Part shown: piece by piece, positions 47,580-59,700 of the stretch | How positions within the stretch are numbered: position 1 is the stretch's first letter | Layout: each line of letters opens with the position of its first letter | Source: Cryomorphaceae bacterium BACL11 MAG-121001-bin54 | GTDB lineage: Bacteria; Bacteroidota; Bacteroidia; Flavobacteriales; BACL11 | NCBI GenBank assembly: GCA_905182255.1 | Contig: CAJJAH010000007.1 | Span: 14,532-78,531 of the forward strand | DNA length: 64,000 bases | Reading direction: 5' to 3' | The notes under the pieces: model-generated | What the model saw: only the letters and a program-made list of their open reading frames with translations | What the model was told of the DNA's origin: nothing | The model's database searches: none | Position numbers and translations under genes: made by a program

Positions 47580-48919
47580 CAGGATGTTGGTAATAAAATT
47601 GTGGTTCCTGGTTTTAAATTATCATTTTCCATATTATTTAAAGCTTTAATTTTCCAGACACTTAAACCATAATGCTTTTGAGCAATATCCCAGAGTGTAT
47701 CACCTTTTTGAATCACATATTTAATATTACCTAAAGTGTTTTTTTTACTAATTAAAGTCATTTCTTTTTTTACATAAATAATTAACTTATCACCTATGTC
47801 TAGTTTAGTAGACCTTAGATTATTCCATTCTTTAATCTCAAAAATATGCACATTGTGTTCTCTGGCAATCCTACCTAAATAATCACCATTATGAACTCTA
47901 TAAATAATACGCTCTTCACCAATTAATATTTCCTTATTCTCAACAGCATCAATAAAAGCATAATTAGTGGATTCATTTAGCTTAAAATCGTTAACAGCAT
48001 TAATTGGGAAAGTTAATATGGCCCCTTTAGGAAAAATTGATTTTTTGTAAGATGGGTTTAAATAATTAATTGTTTCTTTATTCACGCATAACAATTCTGT
48101 CAACGTACTTAATTCAACCTCCTTCTTAATAATAATAGTGTCAATATCTTCAAAAGTAATTTTAGGATCTATAATAGCAATATCGTGTTTATTTGAAAAC
48201 TGCATTGCATAATTTACAGCTATAAAAGTAGGAATATAATTTCTTGTTTCTTTTCGTAGATGAGGGTACAATTGCCAGAAATCAGAAGAGCCAACACTAG
48301 AAATTTTACGTTGTAAATAACCTGGTCCACCATTATATGCCGCTAAAACCAAATTCCAATCTCCAAAAGTATCATACAAGCTTACAAAATATTCACACGC
48401 AGATTTAGTTGACTTAAGTGGGTCCTGCCTTTCATCATTGTAAGAGGTTACATCTAACCCATACTGCTTACCTGTCAAATACATAAATTGCCACAAGCCT
48501 GAAGCACCAGAATGCGAACGCGCTTTAGGGTTAAGGGCTGACTCAACAATAGCCAAATACTTAAGCTCAAGCGGCAAATTATAGAAATCCAATTCCCTCT
48601 CAAACATTGGGAAATAATACTGAGACAAACCCTTCATTCTAGAAATTAAAGCTTTATTTCTTCCTAAATAACTATCAATAAAAACTTGGACTTTATCATT
48701 ATACGCTAAATCCATTGGGGTTTTGTTATCTAGCTGCTGTAATCTCCTAGAAATTATATTATCATCAGTTATAAGAATAGTGTTTTCGTGTTCTAAGCCT
48801 ACATGTTCAATCAATTCAGTAATGCTATCAAAACCAAGTACATCAATATTTATTAAGCTATCCTGATTAGCAATAGTAAAAAAGGGTGTTATAATAAAAA
48901 TAATCAAAAGTCTTTTCAT
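47579..48919 (-). CDS. lytic transglycosylase (SLT domain) with two LysM domains, MltD-like
   Basis: SLT catalytic region AIVESALNPKARSHSGASGLWQFM. LysM repeats YRVHNGDYLGRIAREH and YVIQKGDTLWDIAQKH. Confidence 0.85.
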   Translation of the reverse strand: MKRLLIIFIITPFFTIANQDSLINIDVLGFDSITELIEHVGLEHENTILITDDNIISRRLQQLDNKTPMDLAYNDKVQVFIDSYLGRNKALISRMKGLSQYYFPMFERELDFYNLPLELKYLAIVESALNPKARSHSGASGLWQFMYLTGKQYGLDVTSYNDERQDPLKSTKSACEYFVSLYDTFGDWNLVLAAYNGGPGYLQRKISSVGSSDFWQLYPHLRKETRNYIPTFIAVNYAMQFSNKHDIAIIDPKITFEDIDTIIIKKEVELSTLTELLCVNKETINYLNPSYKKSIFPKGAILTFPINAVNDFKLNESTNYAFIDAVENKEILIGEERIIYRVHNGDYLGRIAREHNVHIFEIKEWNNLRSTKLDIGDKLIIYVKKEMTLISKKNTLGNIKYVIQKGDTLWDIAQKHYGLSVWKIKALNNMENDNLKPGTTILLPTS

Positions 48920-49065
48920 TATACAATAATGAGACTAAATAAAAGAACTATTGTGTAGCATCGAATTCAATTATTAACTATATTATGTTAACGAAAATTG
49001 ACTATAAGCTAATAATTAAATATAAGTTGTTTATTAATTAATGTCATAAAAAATCTAAAATACCT

Positions 49066-49073
49066 TATCTTTG
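49066..49073 (+). promoter_or_regulatory. -7 promoter box TAtcTTTG upstream of dxs
   Basis: 11 nt upstream of ATG 49085. Confidence 0.55.
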
Positions 49074-49084
49074 CAAGTAATCAT

Positions 49085-51022
49085 ATGAATAAAAATACTA
49101 AATATCCACAAGGACCACTATTAAGCAAGATCAATAGTCCAGATGATTTACGAAAGTTAAATAAAAATCAACTTGAGCAAATATCCAGTGAGCTAAGGCA
49201 ATATATTATTGATATTGTATCAGAAAAAGGAGGGCATTTTAGCGCAAGTTTGGGTGTTGTTGAGTTAACTATTGCCTTACATTATGTTTTTAACACTCCT
49301 TCTGACCAACTGGTTTGGGATGTTGGACATCAAGCTTATGGCCATAAGATTCTAACTGGCAGAAAAGAGCAATTTCCAACAAATAGAATATACAAAGGAT
49401 TAAGTGGCTTCCCAAAAAGAAGCGAAAGTGTTTATGATACCTTTGGAGTAGGGCATTCTTCTACCTCTATTTCTGCAGCATTAGGTATGGCTATGGCATC
49501 TAAAGTTAGTGGTAAAAAAAACAAACAACATATTGCGGTAATTGGTGATGGATCTATGACGGCAGGAATGGCTTTTGAAGCTTTAAACCATGCAGGTGCT
49601 GAAAACTCAAATTTATTAGTTATTTTAAATGATAATTGCATGTCAATTGACCCTGCAGTTGGAGCCTTAAAAGAATATTTAACTGATATTTCTACTTCAA
49701 GAACATATAATAAGGCTAAAAATAACATTTGGAAAATATTAGGTAAAATCAGTAAATTTGGACCAAATGCGCAGGCTGTAGCAAAAAAAGTTGAGAAAGT
49801 GGTCAAATTAACTTTACTAGGTGAAAGCAATTACTTTGAGTCCTTAAATTTTAGATATTTTGGACCAATTGACGGACATGATCCAAAACACTTAGTTAGC
49901 GTTTTAAATGATTTAAAAGATATTCCTGGCCCTAAAATATTACACTGCCTAACGGTAAAGGGCAAAGGTTACATCCCTGCCGAAAAAGGAGACTCAACAA
50001 AATGGCATGCTCCAGGTATTTTCAATAAAGAAACTGGAGAATTTATAGTTGGTAAAAAGAAAGAAAAACCACCAAAATACCAAGATGTATTTGGGGAAAC
50101 AATAATAGAACTTGCTAAAATAAATGATCAAATAGTGGGAGTAAGCCCAGCAATGCTTTCAGGATCATCTTTAAGTAAAATGATGAATGAGATGCCAGAA
50201 AGAACCTTTGATGTTGGAATAGCAGAACAACATGCTGTTACTTTTTCAGCAGGAATGGCCACTCAAGGAAAAGTGCCTTTTTGTAATATCTACTCATCAT
50301 TTATGCAAAGGGCATACGACCAGGTCATTCATGATGTTGCCTTACAAAAATTAAACGTTGTTTTTTGTTTAGACAGAGGCGGATTAGTGGGTGCTGATGG
50401 GGCAACACATCATGGGGCTTATGATATTGCTTTTTTTAGGTGTATTCCGAACATGATAGTTTCTGCCCCTATGAATGAGAAAGAATTAAGAAACCTAATG
50501 TTTACTGCTCAATTACCTAATAAAGGGCCATTTTCTATAAGATACCCTAGAGGCAATGGAGTTATGCTAGATTGGAAAACTCCTTTAGAAGAGATTGAAG
50601 TAGGAAAAGGTAGAGTGGTAAATCATGGAGAAGAGGTTGCGGTTTTATCTTTTGGTCATCCTGGAAACTTTGTGGTTGAAGCACAGGAACAATTTAAAAA
50701 AGAGGGATTAAGTATTGCTCATTACGACTTAAGATTTGTAAAGCCACTAGACAAAAAACTATTACATTCAATCTTCCAAAAGTTTGATAAAATTATCACA
50801 ATTGAAGATGGTTGTTTACACGGTGGATTTGGAAGTTCTGTTTTAGAGTTTATGGCAAATAATGATTATCAAGCAAAAGTAAAAATGCTTGGTATTCCGG
50901 ACATATTCATTCATCATGGGACACAAGAAGAACTGTATAATGATTGTCATTATGATACAAAAGCAATAATTAGTTCAGTACATAAAATTTTAAAAAATAG
51001 TCTTATCGCTCAAGTAGGATAA
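49085..51022 (+). CDS. dxs: 1-deoxy-D-xylulose-5-phosphate synthase
   Basis: GHSSTSISAALGMA and TPP motif GDGSMTAGMAFEALN. 645 aa. Confidence 0.94.
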   Translation: MNKNTKYPQGPLLSKINSPDDLRKLNKNQLEQISSELRQYIIDIVSEKGGHFSASLGVVELTIALHYVFNTPSDQLVWDVGHQAYGHKILTGRKEQFPTNRIYKGLSGFPKRSESVYDTFGVGHSSTSISAALGMAMASKVSGKKNKQHIAVIGDGSMTAGMAFEALNHAGAENSNLLVILNDNCMSIDPAVGALKEYLTDISTSRTYNKAKNNIWKILGKISKFGPNAQAVAKKVEKVVKLTLLGESNYFESLNFRYFGPIDGHDPKHLVSVLNDLKDIPGPKILHCLTVKGKGYIPAEKGDSTKWHAPGIFNKETGEFIVGKKKEKPPKYQDVFGETIIELAKINDQIVGVSPAMLSGSSLSKMMNEMPERTFDVGIAEQHAVTFSAGMATQGKVPFCNIYSSFMQRAYDQVIHDVALQKLNVVFCLDRGGLVGADGATHHGAYDIAFFRCIPNMIVSAPMNEKELRNLMFTAQLPNKGPFSIRYPRGNGVMLDWKTPLEEIEVGKGRVVNHGEEVAVLSFGHPGNFVVEAQEQFKKEGLSIAHYDLRFVKPLDKKLLHSIFQKFDKIITIEDGCLHGGFGSSVLEFMANNDYQAKVKMLGIPDIFIHHGTQEELYNDCHYDTKAIISSVHKILKNSLIAQVG

Positions 51023-51049
51023 TAAGAAAATATTGAAAATAAACCGAGT

Positions 51050-52483
51050 ATGAAAATTAAGGAAATTCTTGAATCTGAAGGAAAAGGACAAAAAATTAAT
51101 GCTAAGGGTTGGGTAAGGACTAGAAGAGGAAGTAAGCATGTTTCTTTTATCGCACTTAATGATGGCTCGTCAATAAATAGCATTCAAGTTGTTGCTGAAG
51201 CTAGCGATTTTGACGAAGAATTAGTAAAAAAGATTACAACGGGTTCATGCATAAGTGTAAATGGTAAGTTAGTGGCATCTAAAGGAAGTGGGCAGGCAGT
51301 TGAAATACTAGCAAGTTCTATTGAAGTGTTAGGGACCTCTGATTCAGAAGAGTACCCTCTACAGCCAAAAAAACATAGCTTAGAATTTCTGAGAGAAAAG
51401 GCTCACTTACGCTTTAGAACCAATACATTTTCAGCTGTATTTAGGCTGCGCCATGCCTTAAACTTTGCAGTACATAAATTCTTTAACGACAAGGGGTTTT
51501 ACAATTTACATACACCAATTATTACCGGTGCGGATGCAGAAGGAGCTGGGGAGATATTTCAGGTAACTAACCTTGATTTAGAAAACTTACCAAAAAATGA
51601 AGAAGGAAAAATTGACTTTTCAGCAGATTTTTTTGGAAGCAAAACAAATCTTACCGTTTCAGGGCAATTAGAAGCTGAATTGGGTGCTTTAGCACTTGGA
51701 CAGGTTTATACATTCGGACCAACCTTTAGAGCTGAAAACTCTAACACTTCTAGGCATTTATCAGAATTTTGGATGATAGAGCCAGAAGTTGCATTTGCTG
51801 ATTTAAATGAAAATATGGATTTGGCGGAAGAGTTTTTAAAGTATTGCATTCAATACTGTATTGAAAACAATGCAGATGACTTACAGTTTTTAGATGCCAG
51901 AATGGAGGAGGAGGAAAGTAAACTAAGAAAAGAAGATCGCTCAGAAATGGGTTTGTTAGAAAGACTACAATTTGTTATTGAAAATAATTTTGAACGCTTA
52001 ACTTATCGAGAGGCAATTGATGTTTTAAGAAACTCAAAACCAAATAAGAAAAACAAATTTCAATACCCAATTAATGGATTTGGAGATGATTTACAGTCAG
52101 AACACGAACGCTATTTAGTAGAAAAAAAATACAAGAAACCTGTTATTATTACAGACTATCCTAAAGGAATTAAAGCCTTTTATATGCGCATGAACGAGGA
52201 TAATGAGACGGTTAGAGCAATGGATATTCTATTCCCAACAATTGGAGAGATTATTGGAGGCTCACAAAGAGAAGAACGACTAGAAAAACTAAAAGCTAGA
52301 ATGGAAGAAATGGACATTTGCCAAAAAGAATTGTGGTGGTACTTGGAAACCAGAAAGTTTGGCACCTGCACCCATAGTGGTTTTGGATTAGGATTTGAAC
52401 GACTAATAATGTTTGTTACAGGAATGAAAAATATCAGAGATGTGATTCCCTTCCCTAGGACACCACAAAATGCTGAATTCTAA
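51050..52483 (+). CDS. asnS: asparagine--tRNA ligase
   Basis: OB-fold N-terminus, class II motifs [24 protein letters not shown] and GFGLGFERL. Confidence 0.92.
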   Translation: MKIKEILESEGKGQKINAKGWVRTRRGSKHVSFIALNDGSSINSIQVVAEASDFDEELVKKITTGSCISVNGKLVASKGSGQAVEILASSIEVLGTSDSEEYPLQPKKHSLEFLREKAHLRFRTNTFSAVFRLRHALNFAVHKFFNDKGFYNLHTPIITGADAEGAGEIFQVTNLDLENLPKNEEGKIDFSADFFGSKTNLTVSGQLEAELGALALGQVYTFGPTFRAENSNTSRHLSEFWMIEPEVAFADLNENMDLAEEFLKYCIQYCIENNADDLQFLDARMEEEESKLRKEDRSEMGLLERLQFVIENNFERLTYREAIDVLRNSKPNKKNKFQYPINGFGDDLQSEHERYLVEKKYKKPVIITDYPKGIKAFYMRMNEDNETVRAMDILFPTIGEIIGGSQREERLEKLKARMEEMDICQKELWWYLETRKFGTCTHSGFGLGFERLIMFVTGMKNIRDVIPFPRTPQNAEF

Positions 52484-52486
52484 TAG

Positions 52487-53806
52487 ATGAATAAACAAAG
52501 GTTACAGCAAAAGCAGTACCAAAACCTAAGCCCTCAGCAAATACAGTTTTTAGGCCTTTTGCAAATACCTATTGTCGCATTAGAAAAAAGGATTGAAGAA
52601 GAGCTGGAAGAAAATCCTGCTCTTGAAGAAGAGGAGCAAGAGGAAATAGATCTTTTGGAAAGAGGCTTCCAACAAAATAGCAGAGATGATATTCAATTTC
52701 AAATAGAAGATAAATCAGAGAGCTTAAGCGATTACCTCAGTCAGCAACTAATTGCACTTAATATTGATGAAAATCTATTATTTCTTGTAAATTATATTAT
52801 TAACAGCTTAGATGATAATGGATTTTTAAGCAGAGATTTATATTCAATAACAAGTGACCTGCTCATCAGTAATAATATTATTGTTAGTGAGAGACAACTC
52901 AAAAATGCGCTAGCAATAGTTCAACAGTTTGAACCATTTGGAGTAGGGGCAAAGAATTTACAGGAATGTCTTCTGATACAACTTAGACTAATCTATCCGA
53001 AGAAAAAATTGGAAAAGGAAATTCTTAGCAAATATTATATTGCTTTTAGTAACAAAAACTTTGAATATTTAGTTAAGCACCTTAAAATTGATTTAAGTAG
53101 GCTCAAAAAAGCCTACTCAACTATTGAGTCCCTTAACCCAAAACCTGGCAATGGGTTTTCAAAAAATACTGAAGGTACCGCATATGTCTATGCTGATTTT
53201 AGCGTTATAATTGAAAATGGTAAATTAGAATTAAAACTAAATAATAGTAATGTGAAGCCAATAAAGGTAAGTACATACTATAAAAATATGAGTAAGGAAA
53301 CAAGTGATAAAGACACTAAGAAATTCCTAGCTGATAAATTAGAAAAGGCAAATTGGTTCAAAGATGCAATTGAAAAAAGAAATGATACCTTAAGAAATGT
53401 TGTGACCGCTATTTTAGAAATACAAGAGCCTTATTTTATTTCTGGTAACGAAAAGGATCTTAAGCCTATGAAATTAGCTGATATTGCTCAAATTGTAAAT
53501 ATGGATATTTCAACCATTTCAAGGGTAAGCAACTCCAAATATATAGCAACTCATTTTGGGACTTTTAAACTGAAAGAGCTTTTTTCAGAAGCCTACAGAA
53601 AAGATGATGGAGAAATTATTTCAACCAAAGAAATAAAAACAAGATTACAGGAAATAATTGCATCGGAAGATAAAAATTACCCTTTTACTGATGAGAAATT
53701 AGCAAATCTACTAGGAAAAGACGATTATCATATCGCAAGAAGAACAGTAGCAAAATACCGAGAAAATTTAAAAATACAAATTGCTAAATTAAGAAGAGAG
53801 CTATAA
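52487..53806 (+). CDS. rpoN: RNA polymerase sigma-54 factor
   Basis: Gln-rich N-terminus, acidic linker, C-terminal RpoN box ARRTVAKYRE. Confidence 0.92.
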   Translation: MNKQRLQQKQYQNLSPQQIQFLGLLQIPIVALEKRIEEELEENPALEEEEQEEIDLLERGFQQNSRDDIQFQIEDKSESLSDYLSQQLIALNIDENLLFLVNYIINSLDDNGFLSRDLYSITSDLLISNNIIVSERQLKNALAIVQQFEPFGVGAKNLQECLLIQLRLIYPKKKLEKEILSKYYIAFSNKNFEYLVKHLKIDLSRLKKAYSTIESLNPKPGNGFSKNTEGTAYVYADFSVIIENGKLELKLNNSNVKPIKVSTYYKNMSKETSDKDTKKFLADKLEKANWFKDAIEKRNDTLRNVVTAILEIQEPYFISGNEKDLKPMKLADIAQIVNMDISTISRVSNSKYIATHFGTFKLKELFSEAYRKDDGEIISTKEIKTRLQEIIASEDKNYPFTDEKLANLLGKDDYHIARRTVAKYRENLKIQIAKLRREL

Positions 53807-54408
53807 TGAAGTTAACACAACTTATATCAATCATTTTACACCCAATCTTCATGCCGCTACTTGCATTACACATAACCTTAATGGCTGCCCCTTTACTTGC
53901 ATTTACAATAAGTAACAACCTAGTGCTTATCTATGGTATTCTTATTTTTAGCACTATAATTTTGCCTTTAACAAGTATTTTTTGGCTTATGCAAAAAGGA
54001 AAAGTAAGTTCACTTGAAATGAGTAACCATAAAGAGCGCTCATTACCACTATTTAAAACTGTCATTTGGATGTCATTTGGATATTATTTACTTCAGAACT
54101 TACTCTTTTACACCCCAATATTAAAAGCTGAATTATTAGGAGCAATACTAATAATTTTACTTGCCTCTATCATCTCAAAATTTTGGAAAATAAGTTTGCA
54201 CTTATTGGGAATAGGTGGGGTGGTAGGTGTTTTTATAGCTTTGCAAATAATTTATGGTAATTTCCTTTATCTACTTATATTGTTTATTCTACTTTCAGGT
54301 TTGCTTGGGGTAGCTAGGATAAAACAAAAAGCTCATAATTACGCACAAGTATATGCAGGCTTTATAGTCGGACTAAGTGTAGAGCTAATCACTATTCTAT
54401 TAATTTAA
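53806..54408 (+). CDS. polytopic membrane protein, possibly a degenerate PAP2-like phosphatase
   Basis: Six predicted TMs. KISLHLLG and ARIKQKAHNYAQVYAG loosely resemble PAP2 motifs. TAATG overlap with rpoN. Confidence 0.35.
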   Translation: MKLTQLISIILHPIFMPLLALHITLMAAPLLAFTISNNLVLIYGILIFSTIILPLTSIFWLMQKGKVSSLEMSNHKERSLPLFKTVIWMSFGYYLLQNLLFYTPILKAELLGAILIILLASIISKFWKISLHLLGIGGVVGVFIALQIIYGNFLYLLILFILLSGLLGVARIKQKAHNYAQVYAGFIVGLSVELITILLI

Positions 54409-55801
54409 CATCAATAATTTCAATTCTACGCTCCAAAATTGCATCTAAACTATATATTGAATTCAAGCTGTCTTCTGGGTTATCACTTACTTTTTTGGTA
54501 GAATTACTTTCACCAAAAGGCAATTCAATAATTTTTAAAAATCCTGATTTTAAAAAAGGCAAAAAAGACATGTTTTCATACAGGCCTAAATAGTTTACAA
54601 AGCTCTGAATTCTTCTTTTTGATAAATTTATGTTATAATCCCTTTTATGCAAAGGACTAGTAAAACCTTTAACGTGCAATTGTATTGTTTTTCCTAGTTT
54701 TAAATCAGCTAATACATAAGAAAATATGCGATTTAGTTTATTAAAATTTCCTTTCAAAGAGTCTTTAAAAAATAGTATTGAGTTAGGTGAATATAAATTA
54801 TATTTTTCTTCCATTTTGAAGTATGAAATATAAGCATCCTTATAGGTTTTATCAGTTGTAACACTCATAGTACAACAATCAGGCTCATCATTATGGAAAT
54901 ATAATTTTAGAGGCAAGTACTGAGCAATCCTCAGAATACTTTCCGGCTCTTCGATCACGGGTTCATCTAACTCAAAAGAAAAAACATCATTGCAACAAAA
55001 CTCGTTGGAAGTGTAGAGAGCCCCTTTACGATTAGAAGAAAAATAGCCTTTTGTTTGGGAATAGAAAGAAAGGTACATTTCGTCTTGCTTAGTGTTCAGT
55101 TTAATTGCATTAATAGGTTTATCCCATAAATTTAATTTTCCATTTGCAGTGTAAATATCAAATTCTCCTACACCATTTTCTCTGTTGGAGGAAAAATATA
55201 AAACTTCCTCAAAGGAATTAAAGTAAGGAGTTATCTCATCAAATTCTGAATTAATTTTGTCGCCAGCATTAATAGGGATGCCATACTTTCCATCTTTATT
55301 AATTATACTTAACCATATATCCATGCCGCCAAACCCACCTTTCCTGTCAGAAACAAAATACATCACTTTTTGCTGATTATGAATTGCAATATGCGGTTGA
55401 GTATTTGTTGAATTTAGCAAATTTATATTGCTGTTTAATTCTTCAGTTATTTGCTTTTTATAATTCCTAAGGGCAATTTTACAATTTCCTTGGTCATCAC
55501 AGACACTAAAATAAAAAACCAACTCGTTTTTTGGAAAATGACTATTGGCGGTTGAATAGGAATTTCCTAAATAAATATACTTTCCTTTTTGCCACTTCCC
55601 ATCCTTAAGCGTACTTGAAAAAATAGCAGATTGATAGGTGTCCTCTTCCAAAGTTGAAGAAGTATAATAAGCTGTATTCTCATCAATTTGAACAAAATTA
55701 AGCTCAGGCCCATAGGTATTAACATTGCCTAGCAAATGGCTAATAGTTATCCCCTGGGAAAAGCTAAGTATTGGAAAAAATAGGATGATTATTCTTTTCA
55801 T
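54392..55801 (-). CDS. OmpA-like C-terminal domain protein with PD40/TolB-like repeats (T9SS type-B operon partner)
   Basis: Signal peptide. Repeats MYFVSDRKGGFGGMDIWLS and EITPYFNSFEEVLYFSSNR. C-terminal degenerate OmpA-like HVKGFTSPLHKRDYNINLSKRRIQSFVNYL. Start at MKRIII (ATG 55801) overlaps the PorP/SprF stop by 1 nt. Confidence 0.65.
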   Translation of the reverse strand: MKRIIILFFPILSFSQGITISHLLGNVNTYGPELNFVQIDENTAYYTSSTLEEDTYQSAIFSSTLKDGKWQKGKYIYLGNSYSTANSHFPKNELVFYFSVCDDQGNCKIALRNYKKQITEELNSNINLLNSTNTQPHIAIHNQQKVMYFVSDRKGGFGGMDIWLSIINKDGKYGIPINAGDKINSEFDEITPYFNSFEEVLYFSSNRENGVGEFDIYTANGKLNLWDKPINAIKLNTKQDEMYLSFYSQTKGYFSSNRKGALYTSNEFCCNDVFSFELDEPVIEEPESILRIAQYLPLKLYFHNDEPDCCTMSVTTDKTYKDAYISYFKMEEKYNLYSPNSILFFKDSLKGNFNKLNRIFSYVLADLKLGKTIQLHVKGFTSPLHKRDYNINLSKRRIQSFVNYLGLYENMSFLPFLKSGFLKIIELPFGESNSTKKVSDNPEDSLNSIYSLDAILERRIEIIDVKLIE

Positions 55802-56751
55802 TATAAATATTTTGGGCAAATTTCCTGTTCAACAATTTTTATCTTTTTCTTACTCTTCCATTGGAATACCAATGCAAATTCAAAGCCGCCTTTATTATTA
55901 CTTGCATTGTTCAAACTAGAAGTGTTTACATCATAACTCACAACACAAGATAAACCATCAATTTCAGCTCCAAAATAAAGTATTAGAGCGTCATTAAACC
56001 GATCAGCAATTCCTGATTTTAAAAGAATATCTTTTTCGCCTTTCAGCAAATAATTAACCACACAACCCAATAAAAATTCTTTGTCAGTATCCTGATTAGA
56101 AAACACTAATTTAGGTTGAATACTCAAGTTATCCGTATAGGCATAATTAAGAGCCGTATGGAAATTTATTTTTTGATGCAATCGAACATCATCATCATCA
56201 GTAAAGGATTGTTTGGGTTTATTAATATGGAAAAATGCTATCCCCGTTTCTAATAATAAATCTTCATTTAAATAATTCTGATTAGCAACTCCAACAGAGA
56301 TATCAGGAAAAGTAAAATTAAAATTACTTAAATTTTCAGGACTGTTAAATACTAAATCATCAACAACAATCGACCGTTGAAAAAGACCAAATTCTGCCCC
56401 AAAACGAAAAGTATTTTCCTTACTAGTTGCTACACTTTTTACATACGTAAAATTTAATCCTGAAGTTTTAAAACGAGAATCACCAGCAATATCGTTTAGA
56501 AATTGTAAACCAATACTGTGGCTAGGAAGAATATCTTTTCTTTCCAATGCTAAAGTAAAAGTAGTAAAAGGAACACTGACACTTGCCCATTGTGATTTTC
56601 GGTGAAGGGTAGCTTTATAATCATTTTTTTGCACCCCAACCATTGCAGGGTTTAACACGAAACTATTGGCTAAAAATTGAGAGAAATGCACATCCTGTGC
56701 CCAAGCATTTACTGCAAAGGATAATATCAATATTAAGGCAATCTTTCTCAT
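55801..56751 (-). CDS. T9SS membrane protein, PorP/SprF family
   Basis: Signal peptide followed by QDVHFSQFLANSFVLNPAMVG...HRKSQWASV signature. 316-aa beta-barrel-like protein. Confidence 0.85.
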   Translation of the reverse strand: MRKIALILILSFAVNAWAQDVHFSQFLANSFVLNPAMVGVQKNDYKATLHRKSQWASVSVPFTTFTLALERKDILPSHSIGLQFLNDIAGDSRFKTSGLNFTYVKSVATSKENTFRFGAEFGLFQRSIVVDDLVFNSPENLSNFNFTFPDISVGVANQNYLNEDLLLETGIAFFHINKPKQSFTDDDDVRLHQKINFHTALNYAYTDNLSIQPKLVFSNQDTDKEFLLGCVVNYLLKGEKDILLKSGIADRFNDALILYFGAEIDGLSCVVSYDVNTSSLNNASNNKGGFEFALVFQWKSKKKIKIVEQEICPKYL

Positions 56752-59700
56752 CTGATAAGAGTGATATTTCCCTTTTTAAAGAGCGTTTTATCATCCACAC
56801 ATTTAAGTTCCAAATAAAAGTCGAACACCTGAGGGTTAAGTTTTTTACCAAGGTAAGTGCCGTCCCACTTGGAACTCTTATCTGTTGCTGCAAATACTTT
56901 TTGCCCTAAACGATTAAATATTTCAAGTTTGAAATCAGTAACTACTCCATCATTATCCATAATAAAATAAGTGTCGTTTACTTCGTCCTCATTAGGGCTA
57001 AATGCGGTTGGTATCGTAATTCCATCTTCATTGCAAAACACATCCAACACCACAATACAAACGCTATCCAAAACACTACAAGTATAGGCGTTAAAAACCT
57101 CAACAGTATAACACTCATTTTGTATCGGTTCAACCAACACTGAATTGGAGGTGCTAGTAAAGTTATACCAAACAAAACTATCATCAGTTTTAACATTTAA
57201 ATAAGCCGATTCCCCTCTGAAAATTGTATACTTATTCAACCATAAAGAATCCAAAATTGGATTGTCAAAAATTTGAATAAAAATGGAATCTTTTAAAATA
57301 CAACCATCCACATTAATAGCCTCTACGCTATACCAGATTGAAGTGTCGGTATAACTACTAATACTTGAAGAATCGGTATTGTAAGTTATTGCTAATGGCT
57401 CCCATGAATAAGCAGTTATTGCTACACTAGGCATTAGGTTTTCAACCAACAAAAAGACACTATCACCTTGACATAAATCTTCACCTATCAAATTAAAATT
57501 AATGCTTTGTGCATTCACCCGAACACTATCCACCTGCTCGCAGATTCCATCAGTAACTTTTACATAAAATTGGGCAATACTTGCAATCGTTAAGCTATCG
57601 GTAAGGCTTAGTGTATCAGTAAAATTAATATTAGAGGACCAAAGTATGTCAGTTCCACCACTATAACTCGCTCTTAATGTTATCGGGGTATTACAGTAAG
57701 CAGTATCCTCACCAGCATCTAATAAAAAATCAAGAACTACAATTTGTTGTAGTAAAGTATCCGTACAGCTTCCGTTTGAAACAAGCAATTGATAAGTTGC
57801 ATTAGCTGAAGAGCTGCAAAAAGGATTGGAAACATTAGCACTACTTAAATCAGTTGCAGGAGACCACAAATAAGATATTGTTGGATCGTTAACAGGAAGT
57901 AAGCCAATTTGAATTAGGTCGTTTTTACATTTTACAATACTCGGAATCGTATCGGAAGCATTAGCTAATATATACACCTGTTTTGTTATCGTATCTGAGG
58001 CATTACAAGCTCCTGAAGAAGTAGCAATTAAGGTAACACTATAATTGCCTGCTTGAGCGTAATTATGAGTTGGATTTTCCAAACTTGAAGTAGTAGCATC
58101 TCCAAAATCCCATTGATAAGTTATTGGTGAGTTAGAGATACTTAAATTTTGAAAACTGACATTAGTATCGCAACCAACCCAAGAAGAATTAAAGTCAGCT
58201 ATTACCATTGGGAAATCAAAGTTGAATTTAAAGACTCCATTGTTACAATTTGGGCTATTATTGGTTACCGAAACGGCTCCTGGATTAGGTTCTATCGGGA
58301 AATCAGAACTACCACCACAACCTGCACAAACGGATTGGTAGATGATTCCTTTTTTATCAAAACGACTTGTCCCTCCATCCACATGTTCATTGCTTTGGCT
58401 TCCTCCGAAATAGGTAGCATAAACCATGCTACTTAAAGCATCATCAACTACCATTAAATAAAAATCATTTCCATCAGTAGTTGATTGAAAAGCAGTAGAA
58501 CTTACCGGCAAATTAAGTGTTGACAATGGTCCTCCTAAATTTGACCCCCATCCCGAAAAATAGATCTTGTCGCAAACATCAACCAAAAAAGCGGTTGGAG
58601 AAATATCAGGACTACCTTTACCTGTCCCCACAACAGTTGCCCGTAAAATACTTGCTAAATCCTTAGTAAATACCGCAATAAATTGACCAGCTCCACTTTC
58701 AAAATAAGTTGCATTCTGCACTAAAGTAGTGTCACTCGCTTTTGTTTGTCCAAATAAATAAACTGCATCTGTACTCCCAATTTCTACAAAATACGATTGG
58801 TCATATGCTGGCGAACCATAGAAGGAAGAATAAAGAATCTGACTTCCATTTGAACTAATTAAACTTATAAAGGCATCTGCCTTTAAGGTGTCCTGATGGC
58901 CAGTTTGGTAAGCATTAGCTGTTGTTGGGAAAAGAGCAGATGCTGTTCCTCCTGTCACATAAATATTATCATCTTTATCCAATGCTAAAGAATAGATAGC
59001 ATCATCAGCATTTTCTCCTAAATAAGAACTCCAAATTATTGAAGAAAGTTGATTATCCATTTTAACAATACAGCCTTCTTGACCCCCTTTATTTGTATTT
59101 TGAAACCCACCAACAATTGGAAAATCAATAGACTGTGTACAAGTAGCAATATAGATATTATTATTCTGATCAATATCAATTTCACCCCGAACCTCATCAG
59201 CATAATTAAACTTTAATTTAGGAGCAGTATTTAGTCCATCATTATCTGATCCTCCTAAAAAAGTAGAGGCCAATAAATTCCCACCATTAGTACTTAATCT
59301 TGAAACAAAAATATCAGAACCATCTGGGAAACTCACCCCAATACCTGACGGAGAAAATCCTGGCCCTCCATTAAAATTTGGCTGAAATGATGAGGTTGTA
59401 GTCGGGAAATCAGCAGAGCCAGTTGTTCCGAAAATAAATAATTCATCAGCACTATTGACAATCATACTATGGGGTAACTCATCTTTTGTTCCGCCTAAAT
59501 AAGTAGAATAAATTCTGATTGTACCACTAGTATCGTACTTAGTTATTGCTACATCAGTACCACCAGCAGTATTGGCATAGTTAAGTTGGTAAGCCCCTAA
59601 AGTGATAGGATATCCTACTCCAAAAGAAGTACTTCCACTGTACAAAAAACCAAAATCATCATAGGTAGCGGTATATCCGAAATTATCCATTGTAGAACCA